From: Hemiscyllium ocellatum
Taxonomy: Eukaryota
DNA length: 64,000 nucleotides
Assembly: GCF_020745735.1 (NCBI RefSeq)
Contig: NC_083432.1
Span: 45,757,874 to 45,821,873, forward strand
Direction: 5' to 3'
Shown: piece after piece, positions 62,160 to 64,000 of the stretch
How positions within the stretch are numbered: the first letter of the stretch is position 1
How the letters are laid out: every line of letters begins with the position of its first letter
Program-made: the position numbers and the translations under genes
Notes under the pieces: model-generated
What the model was told of the DNA's origin: nothing
The model's input: only the letters and a program-made list of their open reading frames with translations
Database searches by the model: none

Positions 62160-62250
62160 TGAAAGTCTAGATTAGAGTGGTGCTGGAAAAGCACAGCAGG
62201 TAAGGCACCATCCGAGGAACAGGAAAATCGACGTTTCGGGCAAAAGGAAT
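62160..62250 (-). mobile_element. PLE end remnant
   Basis: AGTCTAGATTAGAGTGGTGCTGGAAAAGCACAGCAGG...TCGACGTTTCGGGCAAAAG. Confidence 0.7.
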
Positions 62251-63116
62251 GTTACGGTACATTAAGTGTTGAGGAACCTTCCTATGTGATAAAGGAGCAA
62301 GCAGCTATAGGGACAGACTCTGCAGACACTCACAATCCAAAATATTCCAGATCTGTATCTTAATGTGTGGGTAGCAGTATTGGCTTAAAGCACAGGATAA
62401 AATACAACAGCATTAAAAACAGATTAATTCATCCTATTTGCTGCCTCGCTATGTGTAAATTGGCTGTTGCATTTGGCTAGTGAACAAGAGTGAATGCAGT
62501 TCAAAAAAATAATTCTCTATGTGTGAAAGACTTGATAAATCCTGACGATGTTATGGGAAACAAACATGTCATTTAATCTCAGGGTTACTGATATCAAAAC
62601 CCCTTGATGGACGTAAATGCAATATACTTTCCACTCACCTCATAGCATATAAAATACAGCATGGTATATTGTTGGCCCCAGCGTAATTCTAGATTGTGAA
62701 TTTTCCCACCTGGTGTTATCTGAGGACTATGATTAGGGGCCTGTCCAAAGCAAGAATGCACACTGTCAGATTTTAGTTCAAATATAAAATTGCTTCAATC
62801 CAATTCTGAAGTTTAAATAGAATCTGTTTTTGTCAATCACCCTGTTGTGAGAAATGCTGGTAATTGCTCTATGCTGTTTTCGAACTGACAGGTTTAATTA
62901 CACCAGCCTATGTTTTTCTAAATTACTTGCATTCTCCACCTTCAAACAGCAGTGTGTGTCTGAGGTCAGCTCCGTGCAGGAAGCAATGGAAATGATAGTG
63001 CGGGTGAGGTCAGTCAAACAACACCATTTCATGTTTGTCCATTTTTCCACAACATGGTGATTTATCCAAACGTGCATATTATCAGCCACCACCTTCCTAT
63101 TGCTTGTACCCAGTCT

Positions 63117-63235
63117 ATGATGTGGAGGTGCCGATGCTGGACTGGGGTGGACATAGTCAGAAGTCACCCGACATCAGGTTGTGGTTAGAAAGTTTATTTG
63201 AAATCACAGAGCATTGTCCCTTCTTCAGGTGAAGT
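63117..63235 (-). mobile_element. PLE end remnant (46105 family)
   Basis: TGATGTGGAGGTGCCGATGCTGGACTGGGGTGGACA...CTTCTTCAGGTG. Confidence 0.6.
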
Positions 63236-63438
63236 CCCAACCTATGACCCACAGACAAAGCACCCAATCAATTGCCTGAACAGCCTTTTGCCTTCACAGT
63301 GCCATGCAGGGATCAGCCAATGAGGAACCCAATTGTGGAACGTGGTGTTTGAGAGTCAAGACTGGGCAGAAGCTCAGAGACTGCCCAGCCCAATGATAAC
63401 CGCACAGCTCCAGGGGGAGTCCAGACACCACTCTCTGT

Positions 63439-64000
63439 TGTTACAACACGGGGTAAACCCCCCTGCTCATTTAAAACCCGCAACACAGAAAAGATTTATC
63501 CCATGCGGTAATCTGTGAAAATTCTAGAGGTCAAGAACTATTTAAATTAAAACTTAACAACTTTATTTCTTAAAGTATAACAGAGAATAATTAACTAACA
63601 ATTATTTACAACTCATTCATCTAACCTATCTTTTACCTTCCCTTCTATAATATTAGTCCGATAAACTCCCGATTAAGATTGACAAAACAAAACTTCTTAT
63701 CTCAAAACCAGGCAGCTTTCAGTTCTTCTCTGTATTCCTATTTTCTTTACTTCTTCTTGGGGATTCTGCTTCACGGGTTACTATTCAATAAAGGTACCTA
63801 TAAGAGAGATATTCTCTGGGCAGTTTGCAGATCCTGGCTTGGCAGTTCTCCTCTCAACTGACCAATTTTCCCTGGTCTTATACCCCCGAATCATTAGATT
63901 ATGTCATTGGCTTTTAAGATTGTCAATATATTCAATTCAAACTGGGTTGGAGTTTGGTTTTTTGGGGCTGTATAATTTAAACTGATTGGCCTAATTTGAA
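63439..64000 (-). mobile_element. Probable LTR running off the window edge
   Basis: Minus strand has GGGGTATAAGACC (TATA-like, about 63880), AATAAA (about 63565) and ends in TGTAACA. Confidence 0.4.

Overview
Repeat-dominated vertebrate DNA, very probably from a shark (inferred from abundant HE1-type V-SINEs with (TAATC)n tails, their CR1/HER1-type partner LINEs and Deu-domain SINEs). It looks intronic or intergenic; no host protein-coding exon can be called with confidence. Contents: about 12 HE1 SINEs; many 3' CR1 fragments plus one 4.6 kb CR1 (ORF1 esterase end, APE, RT); at least four families of Penelope-like element (PLE) ends or fragments, each with a minimal hammerhead ribozyme motif, many as short palindromes flanked by 11-17 bp direct repeats; two G-rich minisatellites; a Gypsy gag relic; a probable LTR at the right edge; a decayed Harbinger-type Myb/SANT gene; and a 164-N gap. 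Most interesting: (i) the hammerhead-bearing PLE mini-elements, (ii) a four-layer nest at 49.1-55.4 kb in which a minisatellite visibly arose from a CR1 coding segment, (iii) local inverted duplications, and (iv) a perfect hairpin made of two RFX X-box-like motifs. All family assignments come from motif recognition by eye, not database searches, and boundaries of old repeats are approximate.
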